From: Eledone cirrhosa
Lineage: Eukaryota
Length of the DNA stretch: 64,000 nucleotides
Direction: 5' to 3'
Assembly: GCA_964016885.1 (NCBI GenBank)
Contig: OZ024741.1
Span: forward strand, 350,052,001-350,116,000
Below, piece after piece: positions 15,169 to 28,972 of this stretch. Numbering within the stretch: the first letter of the stretch is position 1; every line of letters starts with the position of its first letter. Below the pieces are notes generated by a model, which was given only the letters and a program-made list of their open reading frames with translations, did not search any database and was not told where the DNA came from. The translations under genes and the position numbers were made by a program.

Positions 15169-15447
15169 CGCTGCTGTTGTTGTTGTCGCTGCTGTTGTTG
15201 TTGTCGTTGTTGTTATATTGTTGCTGTTGTTGTTGTTGTTGTTGTTGTATTGTTGCTGTTGTTGTTGTCGCTGCTGTCACTGTTGTTGCTGCTGCTGCTG
15301 TTGTTGTTGTTGTTGCTGTTGTTGTTGTCGCTGCTGTCGCTGTTATTGCTGTTGTTGTTGTTGTTGTTATTGTTGTTGTTGTTGTGGTGGTGGTGGTATT
15401 GTTGCTGTTTCTGTTGTCGCTGCTGTCGACGTTGTTGCTGCTGTTGC

Positions 15448-15492
<45 letters not shown>

Positions 15493-15500
15493 CGTCGTCG

Positions 15501-15543
<43 letters not shown>

Positions 15544-15625
15544 CGCTGCTGCTGTTGTTGTTGTTGTCGCTGCTGTTGCTGTTGTCGATGGTGTTGTTGT
15601 TGTCTTTGTTGTTGTTGTCGCTGCT

Positions 15626-15669
<44 letters not shown>

Positions 15670-15718
15670 CGCTGCTGCTGTTGTTGTTGTTGTTGTTGTT
15701 GTTGTTATTATTATTGTT
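14750..15718. repeat. ~1-kb degenerate (GTT/GCT)n trinucleotide array
   Basis: Direct reading; source of the spurious poly-N/T/V/L/C ORFs. Confidence 0.95.
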
Positions 15719-16205
15719 CAAACTTCAGACTATCCAATTGCATTATTTTTTTACGATCTTTCTTTTTTCTTTTTTTTCTTCTTGCAAAAACAAAACCACA
15801 TTTTAACCTCTTACTTACTACTTTTTGTAAATCTCAATACAATTTGCCAAGAAAACGAGATGAGTGGTGGGAGATGTTTCTGTTGTTATTTGGTTTTGGC
15901 TAAGAATCAAATCTAAATAAATAAATAAGTAAAATTGATGTAAAAACAAACACAAAAGATTTTAAAATATACAAAGAACTTTCGAGAAGCAAATACTTAA
16001 AACAACTAGAGGAATATAACCAAAACAAAAGCCAGCCGTTTTCTTCCTTTTTGGTTCGGTTCATATTTTTATATATATTTTTGTTTTAGGATGTGGGTCT
16101 GTTTGGGGTTTTTTTTTTTTTTTTTTTTTAGTTTATCTTTTGATAGCTAATGGTGGCGGGGCAATCTTTTGACGTTTCAGCCTTGATATTTCTCTCAGTG
16201 ATACG

Positions 16206-16303
<98 letters not shown>

Positions 16304-16331
16304 TATACATATATATATATATATATACATG

Positions 16332-16369
<38 letters not shown>

Positions 16370-16380
16370 GTGTGTGTGTG

Positions 16381-16474
<94 letters not shown>

Positions 16475-16845
16475 TATACATATATATATACATGCATACA
16501 TACATATATATATATATATGTATGTATGCATGTATATATATCTATATGTATATATATGTATATATATATATATATACATACATACACACATATATATATA
16601 TATTTGTGTGTGTATGTATATATATATATATATGCATGCATACATATATATAAATGCATATATACATACATACATACATCCATACAAACATATATACACA
16701 CATATACACATATATAGATAGAGACGAGGGAGAAACAGACAGACAGAGACAAAGAGAGAAATGCATGGATGTGTATGAGTGTGTATGTATGTATGTATAT
16801 GCGTGTGTGTGTGTGATTGTTTGTGCGTGTGAGAGAGAGAGAGAG

Positions 16846-16938
<93 letters not shown>

Positions 16939-17251
16939 AAAATTCAAGCAACAGACTTATATTTTACAGCTGCTTTTCCACAACAATAAAATCATTCTCT
17001 TTGGCCTCCATCGTCCGTCTAAACCAGAAAGTAAAATAGGAAAATAAATAGATTAAAACAAAAAGAAAGAAAAGAAAGAAGAAAAGAAACAAAGAAACAA
17101 ACAAATAAAAAACAAAGAAAGAAAGAAAAACAAAAGCAATCAACAAGAGCATAAAACCGACCATTCAGTACAATTCGGCCGCAAATCTTATCTGAATATA
17201 TACCTGTTTCGCAGCCATTTTATTTTTGGTTTTCATATCTTTTTATGCCAT

Positions 17252-17288
<37 letters not shown>

Positions 17289-17687
17289 GGTGGTGGTGGT
17301 GGTGGTGGTGGTGGTGGTGGTGGTGGTATTTGTAGTAGTAGTAGTAGTGGTGGCGGTGGTGGTTGTGGTATCACTGAGCCAGACGTTTGCAGACAACGCA
17401 GTAAAAATTGTGCTTGATTCACTTACTGTTTCTTTCTTTCGTTCTTTCTTCCTTTCCTTCTTTCTTTACCAGGTTGGCCAGACGGACGATGTATTAAGGC
17501 TTTGGTGGTGCTTGTTGGTGTTGGTACATTTAATGTAAACAACAGCACCTCCAACAACAATAACAACAATAATAACACGGCCAATAACAGCATTGGGAAC
17601 TGCTAGAATCCTATTCTTGCTTTTTGTCTCAACTTTTTATTCAACAACTTCATCACTACCTTCACCTATATATGTATATGCATGTAC

Positions 17688-17724
<37 letters not shown>

Positions 17725-17857
17725 CGTGCGTGTGTGCGTGCGTGTGTGTGTGTGTGTGCATGTGTGTGTGTGCGTGTGTGAGTGTATATGTATATATGTA
17801 TATTTGTGTATATATATATATATATATATGAGTGTGTGTGTATTTGTGTATATATGC

Positions 17858-17892
<35 letters not shown>

Positions 17893-17980
17893 ACTATACA
17901 CATATATATATATACACACACATATATATATATATATATATATGTTTACATACACACATATACATACATATATATACATA

Positions 17981-18015
<35 letters not shown>

Positions 18016-18465
18016 TTGTGTGTGCGTGTGTATGAGTGTTTGTTTGTATATGTATTGTGTATGTGAGTGTATATGAGTGTGTCTGTGTGCAACACACAGA
18101 GATATACTCACATATCAACAGATACATGTATGTCCACATAAACACAAACACATATGCTCAATGGAAATATATATATATATACGCATGAAAATGCCCACAG
18201 ATTCAGTTATACATAAATAAACATGTGTGCATGATAAATGTACACTGACACAAATACATACGCAAAAAGGCACAAATACTGAAGTAATAATACGCACACA
18301 TCCACGGTACACTGTACATATATACACACAATCACGACTATATCTTCGACGCATTTATATCGTGTTTCCATACCTCCCCCCCTCACTATTTATGTAACCG
18401 TCTACCTATCTGTGTATCTATTTATTCACCATCTGTCTATTCATCTATTCATGTGTGTATATCTG

Positions 18466-18498
<33 letters not shown>

Positions 18499-18517
18499 AT
18501 ACACACACACATATATG

Positions 18518-18595
<78 letters not shown>

Positions 18596-18661
18596 TATGA
18601 GGAGAGAGTGGGGAGAAAGAAAGGAGCATAGATGGTCGATAGACAGGTAGATAAATAGATC

Positions 18662-18715
<54 letters not shown>

Positions 18716-18760
18716 GGGGGGAGTGAGAGAACGAGATAGAGAGGTAGAGAGAGAGAGTGA

Positions 18761-18834
<74 letters not shown>

Positions 18835-18950
18835 AGAGAGAGACATGATGTAACTTCAATGAAAAAAAATATTTTTAAAATCTCTGGTTTTTTCTTGCAA
18901 TTTTTAATGAGACTTCGTTTGAAATTATACATATACGCACACACACACAC

Positions 18951-18984
<34 letters not shown>

Positions 18985-18989
<5 letters not shown>

Positions 18990-19471
18990 AATAGTGAAAA
19001 CAATGAAATTAAACAAAAAACGGTTAATTCATAGTAAAACTCATTATTTTACGATCGTTTCTGGGGGGGGGGTAGTTCCCCGTATGTCCATTCTATTATT
19101 GATCTATGTAAAATATATTACAAAATATCGTAGTAAGAAAATATACATACGTCTTCACTACCCGCCGTCTTCAGAAATAATGAGTTTTGTTTATTGAAGA
19201 ATACAAAAAAAACACACATATGAATAAGTAACGTTTTATAAACCAGGTTGAAGTTGACCAATAGTAATAATAGGAAGGGGCAATATAGATTCTAAAGTTG
19301 GTAGTAGTAGATGAATAAATAAGCAGTCAGGGGATGAGGTATCAAATGACTTTTAAGAAAAAAAAGGAAGAATTTAGACATATTGTATATAAAAGAAACG
19401 ATCGTAAAATAATGAGTTTTACTATGAATTAACCGTTTTTTGTTTAATTTCATTGTTTTCACTATTTGTAT
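18985..19471. repeat. Inverted repeat, 78-bp arms, ~330-bp spacer
   Basis: 18985-19062 is the reverse complement of 19394-19471. Confidence 0.85.
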
Positions 19472-19624
19472 TTTTGACTCTGTATCCAATGAATTATATC
19501 GTTGAAAATTTTGTATTTTAAACTTTGCTTCGCGACATCTTCTACATACGGATTACATTGAGCTCTTCATACGGCTTAGACCCTACCATTAATTGGTGGA
19601 TTTATCTGTGTATATATATATATA

Positions 19625-19845
19625 AAGGAACGATCGACTTTCGTCAAATCGGACCGAGGGAACAATGTTTCCGTTGGTCTTTCCAACTGCTAATACTATC
19701 TATCGGTCGCAACTCCAGGTAGAAGGAGCAACGTGAAATAAAGTGTCTTACTCAAGGACATAACGCATCGCTTGGTCCAGGAATCGAACTCACAACCTTA
19801 CGATTGCGAATCCAATTCTTTAACCACTCAGCCACACGCCTTCAC
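19625..19845 (-). mobile_element. tRNA-derived SINE (family S1), full length
   Basis: Head GAAGGCGTGTGGCTGAGTGGTTAAAG...GAGTTCGATTCC, shared body, flanked by TA-rich tracts. Confidence 0.8.
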
Positions 19846-20692
19846 TATATATAATTATATAATGTGAATTATTTTCAATATAATATAAATAATTAAATAT
19901 AATATAATAAAATTTAATAAGAATTACCTTCGTGAGGATGAAAATATTATGTCTTCTTTCTCATGTTTGCAAATAGTTTAAATATGATTTCATAAAATAT
20001 GATTTTATGAATTAAATATGATAGTATACTTTAATATTAATACAGATATTTATAAACTCTTATAGCCTGAAATATTATACACTTTGATTAATTCATTACT
20101 CTGAACTAACTTAAATGATTTGAAAGTTAACGGTCAACCGGATACGTCTGGATAGTATATATAACTAATTAACTAAGGACTGGAAATTAACCTTCATATA
20201 ATTACACCCAGTTAAATTTAAGATTTAGATTGATGAATACTTCTAGATAATTCATTAATTCAAAGATTCGAGTTTACTCTTTCGCAAAGCTATGCCCAAA
20301 TGTATAGTTCTGTATAGATATATATAATTCATCCCTCCCTATGTTTTACACTATAAAAATTATTCCTCTTTGTCTCTCTTTCCTTGATCAATTCTCTTTT
20401 GCTCTCTATACTTCTACTAGCTATATTATTCCCTCATCTGTTTTCTCTGTCTTTCTTTTTTCTTTCCTCTTTCTTCAATAATTTAAATTATTTGAATCTC
20501 TAAGAGTTATGTAAATTGCTGTTATGTATCTTTAAGCTTTCTCACACGCACCCTCTGTATTATATTTATTATATGTAAGTTTTTTCATGTCTCAATCTTA
20601 AGGTATATAAATATTGAGTTTTATCATATCTTACTCACTACCATGACTGAATCTTAACCATCTACTATGTCAGGGTATGTCATGCATCATCT

Positions 20693-20760
20693 TATTTTAT
20701 CTGATGAGGACGTACTCTTGAAGTTAGCTCAGTACCTCTGAAATATGTATAATAAAATAT
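20693..20760 (+). ncRNA. Type I hammerhead ribozyme motif (family HH-B)
   Basis: ATTTTAT-CTGATGA-GGACGTACT...AGTACCTCT-GAAA-TATGTATAATAAAAT at the end of an AT-rich Penelope-like 3' region. Confidence 0.6.
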
Positions 20761-20801
20761 ACTTGATCACAAGAATTCTCTATTTTTGTTAATATTTTGA
20801 A

Positions 20802-20866
<65 letters not shown>

Positions 20867-20962
20867 TAGTAATATGCAAAAAGCAAACAGAAATAACAAA
20901 GCAAATGACACAGTACAATGAAGAAATATATTAGTTTAATGTTTGGAATAACAGGAAAAGAG

Positions 20963-20997
20963 TCTTAACGTTTCGGATACTTGTCCTTCATCAGAAG
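20963..20997 (-). ncRNA. Minimal hammerhead motif (family HH-A)
   Basis: CTT-CTGATGA-AGGACAAGTATCC-GAAA-C-GTT-AAGA. Confidence 0.6.
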
Positions 20998-21205
20998 CTA
21001 GAATGAGAAATAAAAGATGAAATTAAAAGATAAAGAGTAAGAAGAAGAAAGAACAGAAAAAAATTAGAATAAATACACGTGCGTATTCATACATAAATAC
21101 ACACACACAGATATGTATGTAAAAGGTAAACAGAAATAACAACACAATCGATACAGTATATGGAAGGGATATATTAGGTTAACGCTTGATATAGCAGGAA
21201 GAGGA

Positions 21206-21240
21206 TCTTAACGTTTCGGACGCTAGTCCTTCGTCAGAAA
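21206..21240 (-). ncRNA. Minimal hammerhead motif (family HH-A)
   Basis: TTT-CTGACGA-A-GGAC-TAGC-GTCC-GAAA-C-GTT-AAGA; perfect 4-bp helix II; about 243 bp from the previous copy. Confidence 0.65.
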
Positions 21241-21537
21241 AAAGAATGAGAAATAAGATAGATTGAGGGGACGGGCGAGATGGAATTGGAAAAAAACGTC
21301 TTTAGTTTAAAATAACAGGTCCATTCATATTGACATCTCTTGCAAAACTGTTGGTGCTGCCATTTTGTGTATGATTTGTTTTTTAGAAAAGTAGATGATA
21401 CACACACACACACATTGAAAATCTTTATCGTAAAAAAATGACAGAATGTCTACATCAGCATAAAATTCAACCGGCTTCGTTCGTTAAAAAAATATAGTCA
21501 TCTTAAAGGAGAATGATTTTGTTTTCTATGATAGAAC

Positions 21538-21582
21538 TTGAATGTTTATAAATCCTTCGTAGAAGGATTTATAAACATTCAA
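21538..21582. repeat. Perfect hairpin, 21-bp arms, 3-nt loop
   Basis: TTGAATGTTTATAAATCCTTC-GTA-GAAGGATTTATAAACATTCAA. Confidence 0.9.
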
Positions 21583-23082
21583 CTTCTCTCTTGACTTTTC
21601 CTATACATGAGAAGGTTGGTAATAAATAATATTGCTGAATGAAATATAGAAGTACAACTGCAGCAGGGAAGGTATTAATGAAATATTTAGAATATTCTAC
21701 ATTCTTCATTTTTATTGGCCGTGTTTAAATTGTTGGTGTATATGATGAATCAACACACGTGTTTTCCTCCTGTCGGTTCCTATCGGAGCATAAATAGCCT
21801 CAGGCTCAGATCATTGCATTGATTGGTACTCACATCAAAGACGACCGACTGAAACATTGCTCTCACTTCCATGCGTACGCGTTCTTTGAATCAATGCTTT
21901 GATCTTACATGGTCTAGGTCAACTAACAGGGTCTAAACCTCGTTTTCGGTCATACAATATTTCGCGTGTGCGAATGTTCTGTGGATGCACCTTACTGTCA
22001 AAATCAAGAAGAAATTGGTGTGTAACCCCTTTTTCCATGCAAGACAAAAGCATGCACAGGCATACCCTAGATTCCCAAAATATTCTTTCTCCTGAGACCT
22101 TGCTAACGACGAAGTCTGCTATGACATCGGATAAAGACCCACATTCGGACATGAGTGACTATAGGATTTGCACCAAGAAAGTTTCTCTCCGAGGCAGAAG
22201 CATGGCAAAGTTGTTTGTGGAAGACCAGCAGTCACCCACGTATAGCAGTTTCTTCTCTCCGCGCCACTGATACTGTCTAAGGGAAAGATAAAGGTCGATA
22301 TAGCTTGGCATTAGTGACGTCACAAATCATTTCTACAGCTAAATGAAATAAAGTGTCTTGTTCAAGGGCACAACACACCGCTTTGTCCGAGAATCGAACT
22401 CACAACCTCACATCTGTAAAGCCAACTCTCTAAGACATAATATATGATGCTTTTCTATGTCATATAATCCAATGCTATCCTATGTCATGCTAAACCGTGC
22501 TAAACCATGCTATAATAAGTATCCCATGGTATACCAATCTAAGCCATTCCCCATGTTATTCAGCCAGAACAGCCAGTATCGAAATGAATAAGCAACACAT
22601 TAATAACATGTCCATAAGTGTAACAATACACGTACTTCGAGAACATGCTGTTTCGACGCCACATCAGAATATGAATTTTCATAAATGTAACAGAAATAAA
22701 ATACAACAAAAAATATCAAAAACAAAAAAAAAATACAGACAGATAAAATAGATTCGGATACGCCCTTGTACTATTAAATAAGCTTGAGAAAGAATCATTG
22801 ATACAAACATTAATCCTCACTGGATGTACGAGACATTCTTCGTTTCGCGCTATTTTATTTACTCACCGGATAATAAGGGGAATATATTAGTTATTGCAAT
22901 AATTGGTGGAACTCCCATACGCCCAGTGCAAACACAGCACACAATCGGAGGTTTGAACAGCAATATACATATTGTGACAATGGTTTAGGTGAATACGCAA
23001 AGGGATACGTGGACAGACAGACAGACGGATAGATAAGTAGATACATACATACATACACCAATATAAACATAAATACGTAATG

Positions 23083-23118
<36 letters not shown>

Positions 23119-23207
23119 TATCCCGGGTTCAATCGGGGGTAACCATAGTAAGTAAGGTACTCAATGCATAACAGTGTGTAAATATTTGATATGCAAATTG
23201 CTTCTAC

Positions 23208-23289
23208 AGGACTAGAACTGTTTCATTCGGAGAAAATCATCAGGAAAGCTTTCCTGGTGATTTCCTCCGAATGAAACAGTTCTAGTCCT
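23208..23289. repeat. 82-bp near-perfect palindrome centred on AAAGCTTT
   Basis: Arms carry a hammerhead-like CTGATGA..GAAAC core on the minus strand. The left arm and upstream sequence are homologous to 48750-48890. Confidence 0.85.
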
Positions 23290-23352
23290 TTAGAAACCAT
23301 TTCGATATTAAATATATTAAATATATATATATATAAATATTATGTATATATG

Positions 23353-23399
<47 letters not shown>

Positions 23400-23403
<4 letters not shown>

Positions 23404-24293
23404 TGAAACAAAATGAAAACGAAATTTCATTTCTCACTCTTAGTATGGCACTTACTTAAATGTAAGTATGCATGTATACGTACATACATATATGTATACA
23501 GACGTACAGTAGCATGCACATATATATATATATACATATATATATACATATGCATACAGGTACACATACATATATGCACGTATCAGTTTAGCGGCGCTTA
23601 TTATAACGTCGCTTTGTTCGTTTGTAAACAAACTGAACAGCCTGAATTTATGCCATACGGTGTTAAGGCAACCACGTCACCTTTTTGTTCAACACTGACA
23701 CAGGAACGATGTACTAGTTTCAAGCTTGTTAGCTATCATCAGCACCGTTTACCCATCTGCCAGATAGTTGAACGTTCGAAAGTATATACTTTCCTTATGA
23801 AAATTAACGGCTGAGCAGCCTAATTTGCATATTGAGTGAGTTAAATCGGTCAGGCATACCGAAAACGATAAATTGAAACAAAATGAAAACGAAATTTCAT
23901 TTCTCACTCTTAGTATGGCACTTACTTAAATGTAAGTATGTATGTATACGTACATACATATATGTATACAGACGTACAGTAGCATGCACATATATATATA
24001 TACATATATATATACATATGCATACAGGTACACATACATATATGCACGTATCAGTTTAGCGGCGCTTGTTATAACGTCGCTTTGTTCGTTTCTCACCGTA
24101 TGGCATAAATTCAGGCTGTTCAGTTTGTTTACAAACGAACAAAGCGACGTTATAATAAGCGCCACTAAACTGATACGTGCATATATGTATGTGTACCTGT
24201 ATGCATATGTATATATATATGTATATATATATATATATGTGCATGCTACTGTACGTCTGTATACATATATGTATGTACGTATACATGCATACT

Positions 24294-24298
<5 letters not shown>
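23400..24298. mobile_element. 470-bp hammerhead repeat: 1.5 tandem units plus an inverted segment
   Basis: AATTGAAACAAAATGAAAACG at 23401 and 23871 (period 470); 24091-24298 is inverted. Confidence 0.8.
23705..23749 (-). ncRNA. Type I hammerhead ribozyme motif (family HH-C)
   Basis: AACGGTG-CTGATGA-TAGCTAACAAGCTT-GAAA-CTA-GTA-CATCGTT; 7-bp helix I. Confidence 0.75.
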
Positions 24299-24334
<36 letters not shown>

Positions 24335-24645
24335 AAAGGATAACAAGGACGATTGGTTACTCCTTCATTACATTTATTGATAGTTACACCCCCTGGATAT
24401 ATATATATATTTACTTATTATTCCACAATGCTTCAAGCAAACTTCAATACTCTCATATATATATATATATAAACAAATAACGAAACGAAATTAAATTTCG
24501 TTTCGTTTGTAACTCACTTTTGTATGACTGACGCTTAAACAATTAAGTTAAAAATGTACATCCACATATGTATACTGAAATACTAGTATGCATATGAATA
24601 CACACACGTATACATATGTAGATGTACCGAGTTTTTCACTGGTCA

Positions 24646-24694
<49 letters not shown>

Positions 24695-25333
24695 TACTCA
24701 CACATACAAATCTAAACATGCATGTATACGTGTGGCGTGTGTAGGTGGTGTAATATAAGCAAAAAATGAAAAAAGCAGCAACGGTGAACAATACACTACA
24801 ATAATGGCATGTTAGTGTAACACTTACAAGAAGAAATAACACAATTTTCACGTTTCGGACAGTGGTCCTACATCGGAAAAGAAAACATTGAGGTGAGGAT
24901 TGTTATTGTGAGAAAAGAATAAAAGGAAGATAAACGAAAAACGAAGATATTTGCCTGTCTAGATACACTTACCATTTTTTGCCCCCACCCCCACTTTCTC
25001 CCTCAGACCAGTTTAGTTCTATGGTAAATTCAACTAAAACACTACCAAGACCAGAGTCATATTTTTTTCACACCGTTCAAAGACTTTCTGAACACACAAG
25101 CCGAAACCGCTTACCACCGCGGTTGGAATTTTAGATATCTCTCTATTTATATATAACGAAGGAAATGTGGCAAGGAACCAGATAGACCATAACGCACCAA
25201 AGTACTCAATACTTAGGGTAGTAGAGTGGGTAATAGGAACGAGTAGGACCCCGACGGCTGAGCTCATGCCGTTTCGACGGCTAATTCTGGACTGAGCCCT
25301 ATTTATATATTTATGTGTGTGTGTGTGTTTGTG

Positions 25334-25382
25334 TATTTATTAAAATAACAGATTAAACTTTAATCTGTTATTTTAATAAATA
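25334..25382. repeat. Perfect hairpin, 24-bp arms, 1-nt spacer
   Basis: TATTTATTAAAATAACAGATTAAA-C-TTTAATCTGTTATTTTAATAAATA. Confidence 0.9.
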
Positions 25383-25728
25383 TTTGCTCTAGGGTTCTTT
25401 CTTATATATTTGATATATATTTATCCTTATCGAGCCCTCTTTGGATTTTAGTCTTCAAATTTATTATTATTACTATATATATATATATATATAATTATAT
25501 ACATACATATATATACATACATAGATGCATGTGTGTGTGTGTGTGCGTCCAATGGAGCGGCCTTAAATGTCTTCAATTAATTCTTTATGAAATCAAATTA
25601 TTAATTGTATTTTGAAAACTTTCCTCTGGTAATAGATTTCAAGTTCATTGAAAACCAAAATGTAATAATAGATGTGTTTGGCGTAGTCCACTTGTTCTTT
25701 TAATGTTTATTATTAACTAAGTCAATGA

Positions 25729-26115
25729 GGGCGGCAGATTGGCAGTATTAGTAGAGCGTCGGGTAGCATGCTTTGCGGCATAGAGTTACGCCCCTTTACG
25801 TTCTGAGTTCAAATCCCGCCAAGGTTAACTTTGCCTTACATCCTTACGGGGTCGATAACATAAAACACCAGTATCGTACTGGGGTAGATTTAACGACTTT
25901 CCCTAAATTACTGGCCTTGTGCCTATACTGAAAATCCTTATTAAATTGGCAGTATCGGTAGAGGGCTGGACGCCATGCTTTCTAGCATAGTTACGTCCTT
26001 TTACGGTCTGAGTTCAAATCCCGCCGAGGTTAACTTTGCCTTTCATCCTTACGGGGTCGATAAAATAAAGTACCAGTAATGTACTGGCCTTGTGCCAAAA
26101 GTAGAAACAATTATT
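25729..26115 (+). mobile_element. Two tandem SINEs (family S2)
   Basis: TGGCAGTA..GTAGAG...CTGAGTTCAAATCCCGCC (B box)...GGGGTCGATAA..TACCAGT..ACTGGCCTTGTGCC occurs twice. Confidence 0.8.
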
Positions 26116-26517
26116 AAATAAGTCAATTTTTTATTATTGTATTTGTTTGTTGTTGTTGTTGTTATTTTTGTTTTGATTTTTTATTGTTTTTTTTTGTTTT
26201 GTTTTTTGTTTGGTGGGGGGGGGGGTCTTCAAAACTATATCCTTAGATTTCGCAACAATTATAAATATTCCCCATGGTGTTCAAGTCTGGAGATGATCCA
26301 GACCAAAAGAAAGTCTTAATTTTCAAGACCTGTAAACCTGTATATAATGTTTCGACTAATTTCGTAGAATGGCCAGGAATGTTATCATGTTTATAATATT
26401 GACTGCCTTCTTTATAAAAGCCAAGTTTTTCTCCTTTGTTCGTTTTTTTTTTTTTCAATATATTATGTAATGAAAGTTACAGTTTAGAGAATGATTTCCA
26501 TTATTTTCCACTATTTT

Positions 26518-26802
26518 GGCCCGTGTGAGTGGGCCTACTCTGATCATGCGCCTGTAGGTGGTTAAATTTGAGGAGGAGAGGGGTGCCGTTCCCGGGTGCT
26601 CTCGAAGCGTCGGGTCGTTCAGAATTGGTGGGGTACCTGAGTGAACCCTGGGTGGTTATCCCCCATATGGGGGAATTTTTCTTGTATTTTCTTGTTACTT
26701 TGTTATTGTTATTTATATTGTTTACACGTTATATATGTAAACCCCCACTGTCCCAGTCTTTTATATTGTCCCCTATATGCCCTTGTGGCCAATAAATGAA
26801 AT
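26518..26802 (+). mobile_element. 5'-truncated Tx1-related LINE with a 19-bp TSD
   Basis: ORF2 end ARVSGPTLIMRL* (cf. ARVNGPSLYISL*); 3' end TGCCCTTGTGGCCAATAAATGAAAT; TSD CATTATTTTCCACTATTTT at 26499-26517 and 26803-26821. Confidence 0.85.
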
Positions 26803-27111
26803 CATTATTTTCCACTATTTTCATTTCTGAAACAACCATATATAGTTGTCACCATTAACTACGTAACGTTTCTCCTTATAGATAATCTTCACAGGGTTTT
26901 TTTTGTTTTTGTTTTTGTTTTTTTTGTTTTTTGTTTCGTTTTTGTTTTTTTCGTTTTTTTTTGTTTCGTTTTTGTTTTGTTTTGTGTTTGTTTTTGTTTT
27001 GTTCTGTTTTGTTTTGTTTTGTTTTTATTTTGTTTTGTTTTGTTTTGTTTTGGGTTTTTTGTTTTGTTTTGTTTTGTCTTTGTTTTTGTTTTTTGTTTTG
27101 TTTTGTTTTTG

Positions 27112-27143
<32 letters not shown>

Positions 27144-27563
27144 ATTTTGTTTTTGTTTTTGTTTTTGTTTTTTTTCTTTTTTGGGGGAGGGATGTTTCTT
27201 TTGTTTTTGTTTTTCCCTAAATATCTAAAGAAACGATAGTCGGTCTTCTTCCTGTCTCTAGATGCCCCCCCCCCCCCCCACACACACACACACTTTTCTT
27301 ATTTATGGAACATATTGCCTTTTTCTCGACTGGACCTACTTCTTTGTTATTTTATTTTTGCTCTAGTTACTGACCCTTTGCTGTTGAAGTTGATTGACCA
27401 TTCTATGTATGGCCTTTGACTATCTAATTTTCTTTCTTTCTTTCAGCTTCACTTTGATGCTTCTAAAGCTTTCATCTTCATTATCATGTTTTAAAACATC
27501 CTTCACTTTTGGAATGTGACAGATATTTCCTTATTTACTTTTTTTAATGGAAACCATGTAGAC

Positions 27564-27890
27564 CAGAGGTTCTCAAACTTGTTGGGCCACCAACCCCCCT
27601 CACGGCCACATAACACCCTCAGCGCTCCTAACCCTATATCCAGAGAGACTTAACTACGCGCAAATTGTAAATAATAAATAATGAATAGATTCGTTAATTT
27701 ATATATGATAAATAATATAATATATTCTATGTATAAATAAATATTATATATTTTTCATTTTACTATATTTATATATAATATGTATCATTTCATATACTAT
27801 TATATCATCCCTACCACCCCTTTAGATCCTAGTGCCCCTTTCCCTTCTCGACGCCCCCCCCCCCCCCTCCATCCACTTTGAGAACCTCTG
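27564..27890. mobile_element. hAT (Charlie-like) MITE
   Basis: 14-bp TIRs CAGAGGTTCTCAAA / TTTGAGAACCTCTG; perfect 8-bp TSD ATGTAGAC at 27556-27563 and 27891-27898. Confidence 0.92.
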
Positions 27891-27894
27891 ATGT

Positions 27895-27939
<45 letters not shown>

Positions 27940-27940
<1 letters not shown>

Positions 27941-28245
27941 GAAGGAGCGTAGCTTTGTGGTTAGGGAATTCAGCTCACGAACGTAAGGTCGTGAGTTCGA
28001 TACCCGGCTGCGCATTGTGTCTTTGAGCAAGACACTTTATTTCACGTTGCTCCAGGTCACTCAGCTGGCAAAAATGAGTTGTAGCTGTAATTCGGAGGGC
28101 CAGCCTTGTCACATTCCGTGTCCCGCCGAATCTTCCTGAGAACAACGTTAGGGGTATGCTTCTTTGTGTAATGCCCAGCTACTTGCACGTTCATTTCGCG
28201 AGCAGGTTGTTCCGTTGATCGGATCAACTGGGATACTCGTCGTGG
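27940..28245 (+). mobile_element. tRNA-derived SINE (S1-like head, different tail)
   Basis: GAAGGAGCGTAGCTTTGTGGTTAGG...GAGTTCGATACC...TTGAGCAAGACACTTTATTTCACGTTGCTCC. Confidence 0.75.
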
Positions 28246-28304
28246 CTTCCTATATATAGAGAGAGAGAGTTCAAGGAAACAACAAACAGAGGTACAGAAA
28301 ATCT

Positions 28305-28490
28305 TATTAGGTGAAAACCTGCATTGTTTCTGCTTCATCGAGGAAAATCTTAAAGATTATCCAGCCATCAGAGTATTCGGTTTATTTTCTTTACATATTG
28401 TCCAGGCATGCAGTTTTTCCACGATTAGGTCTGTTGGCGGCCCGCGTTCCAAAATACCTTATCCCGTGCAACGCCGAGTACCACTGCTAG
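28305..28490 (+). mobile_element. Helitron 3' fragment (same family as 4597-5512)
   Basis: Reverse complement of about 4597-4780; ends with hairpin + CTAG|T. Confidence 0.8.
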
Positions 28491-28864
28491 TATATATATA
28501 TATATATTTAAATATATATATATATATATATTTAAAATAATGTTGTATCTGATCGAGACGAAGCAAGTGTGTATTTGAATATATATAAAAACGAGAAAAC
28601 TTATTGCTAGATCAGCAGTTAAAACAATTAAATACAGCGTTGGTCAAAAAGGTTTCAGATGACAGAGACTAGCGGCCAATGGTCACTTTTCTATATTTTA
28701 TCTGCCTGTCACCCACCTTGTGGATTATCTCTCTGTTGACCACTGGCCGCTGGTGTCTATCCTCTGAGGCATTTTTGCTCATCGCTGTCTTTGACAACAT
28801 TTAGCAGCTTTAACGGCTGTTCTAGCGATGAGTTTTCTCATTTTATATGTATGTATATATATAT

Positions 28865-28972
<108 letters not shown>

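Noticed and set aside
14713-15916. Asn/Gln-rich or Cys-rich ORFs
   Set aside because: Artefact of the trinucleotide array.
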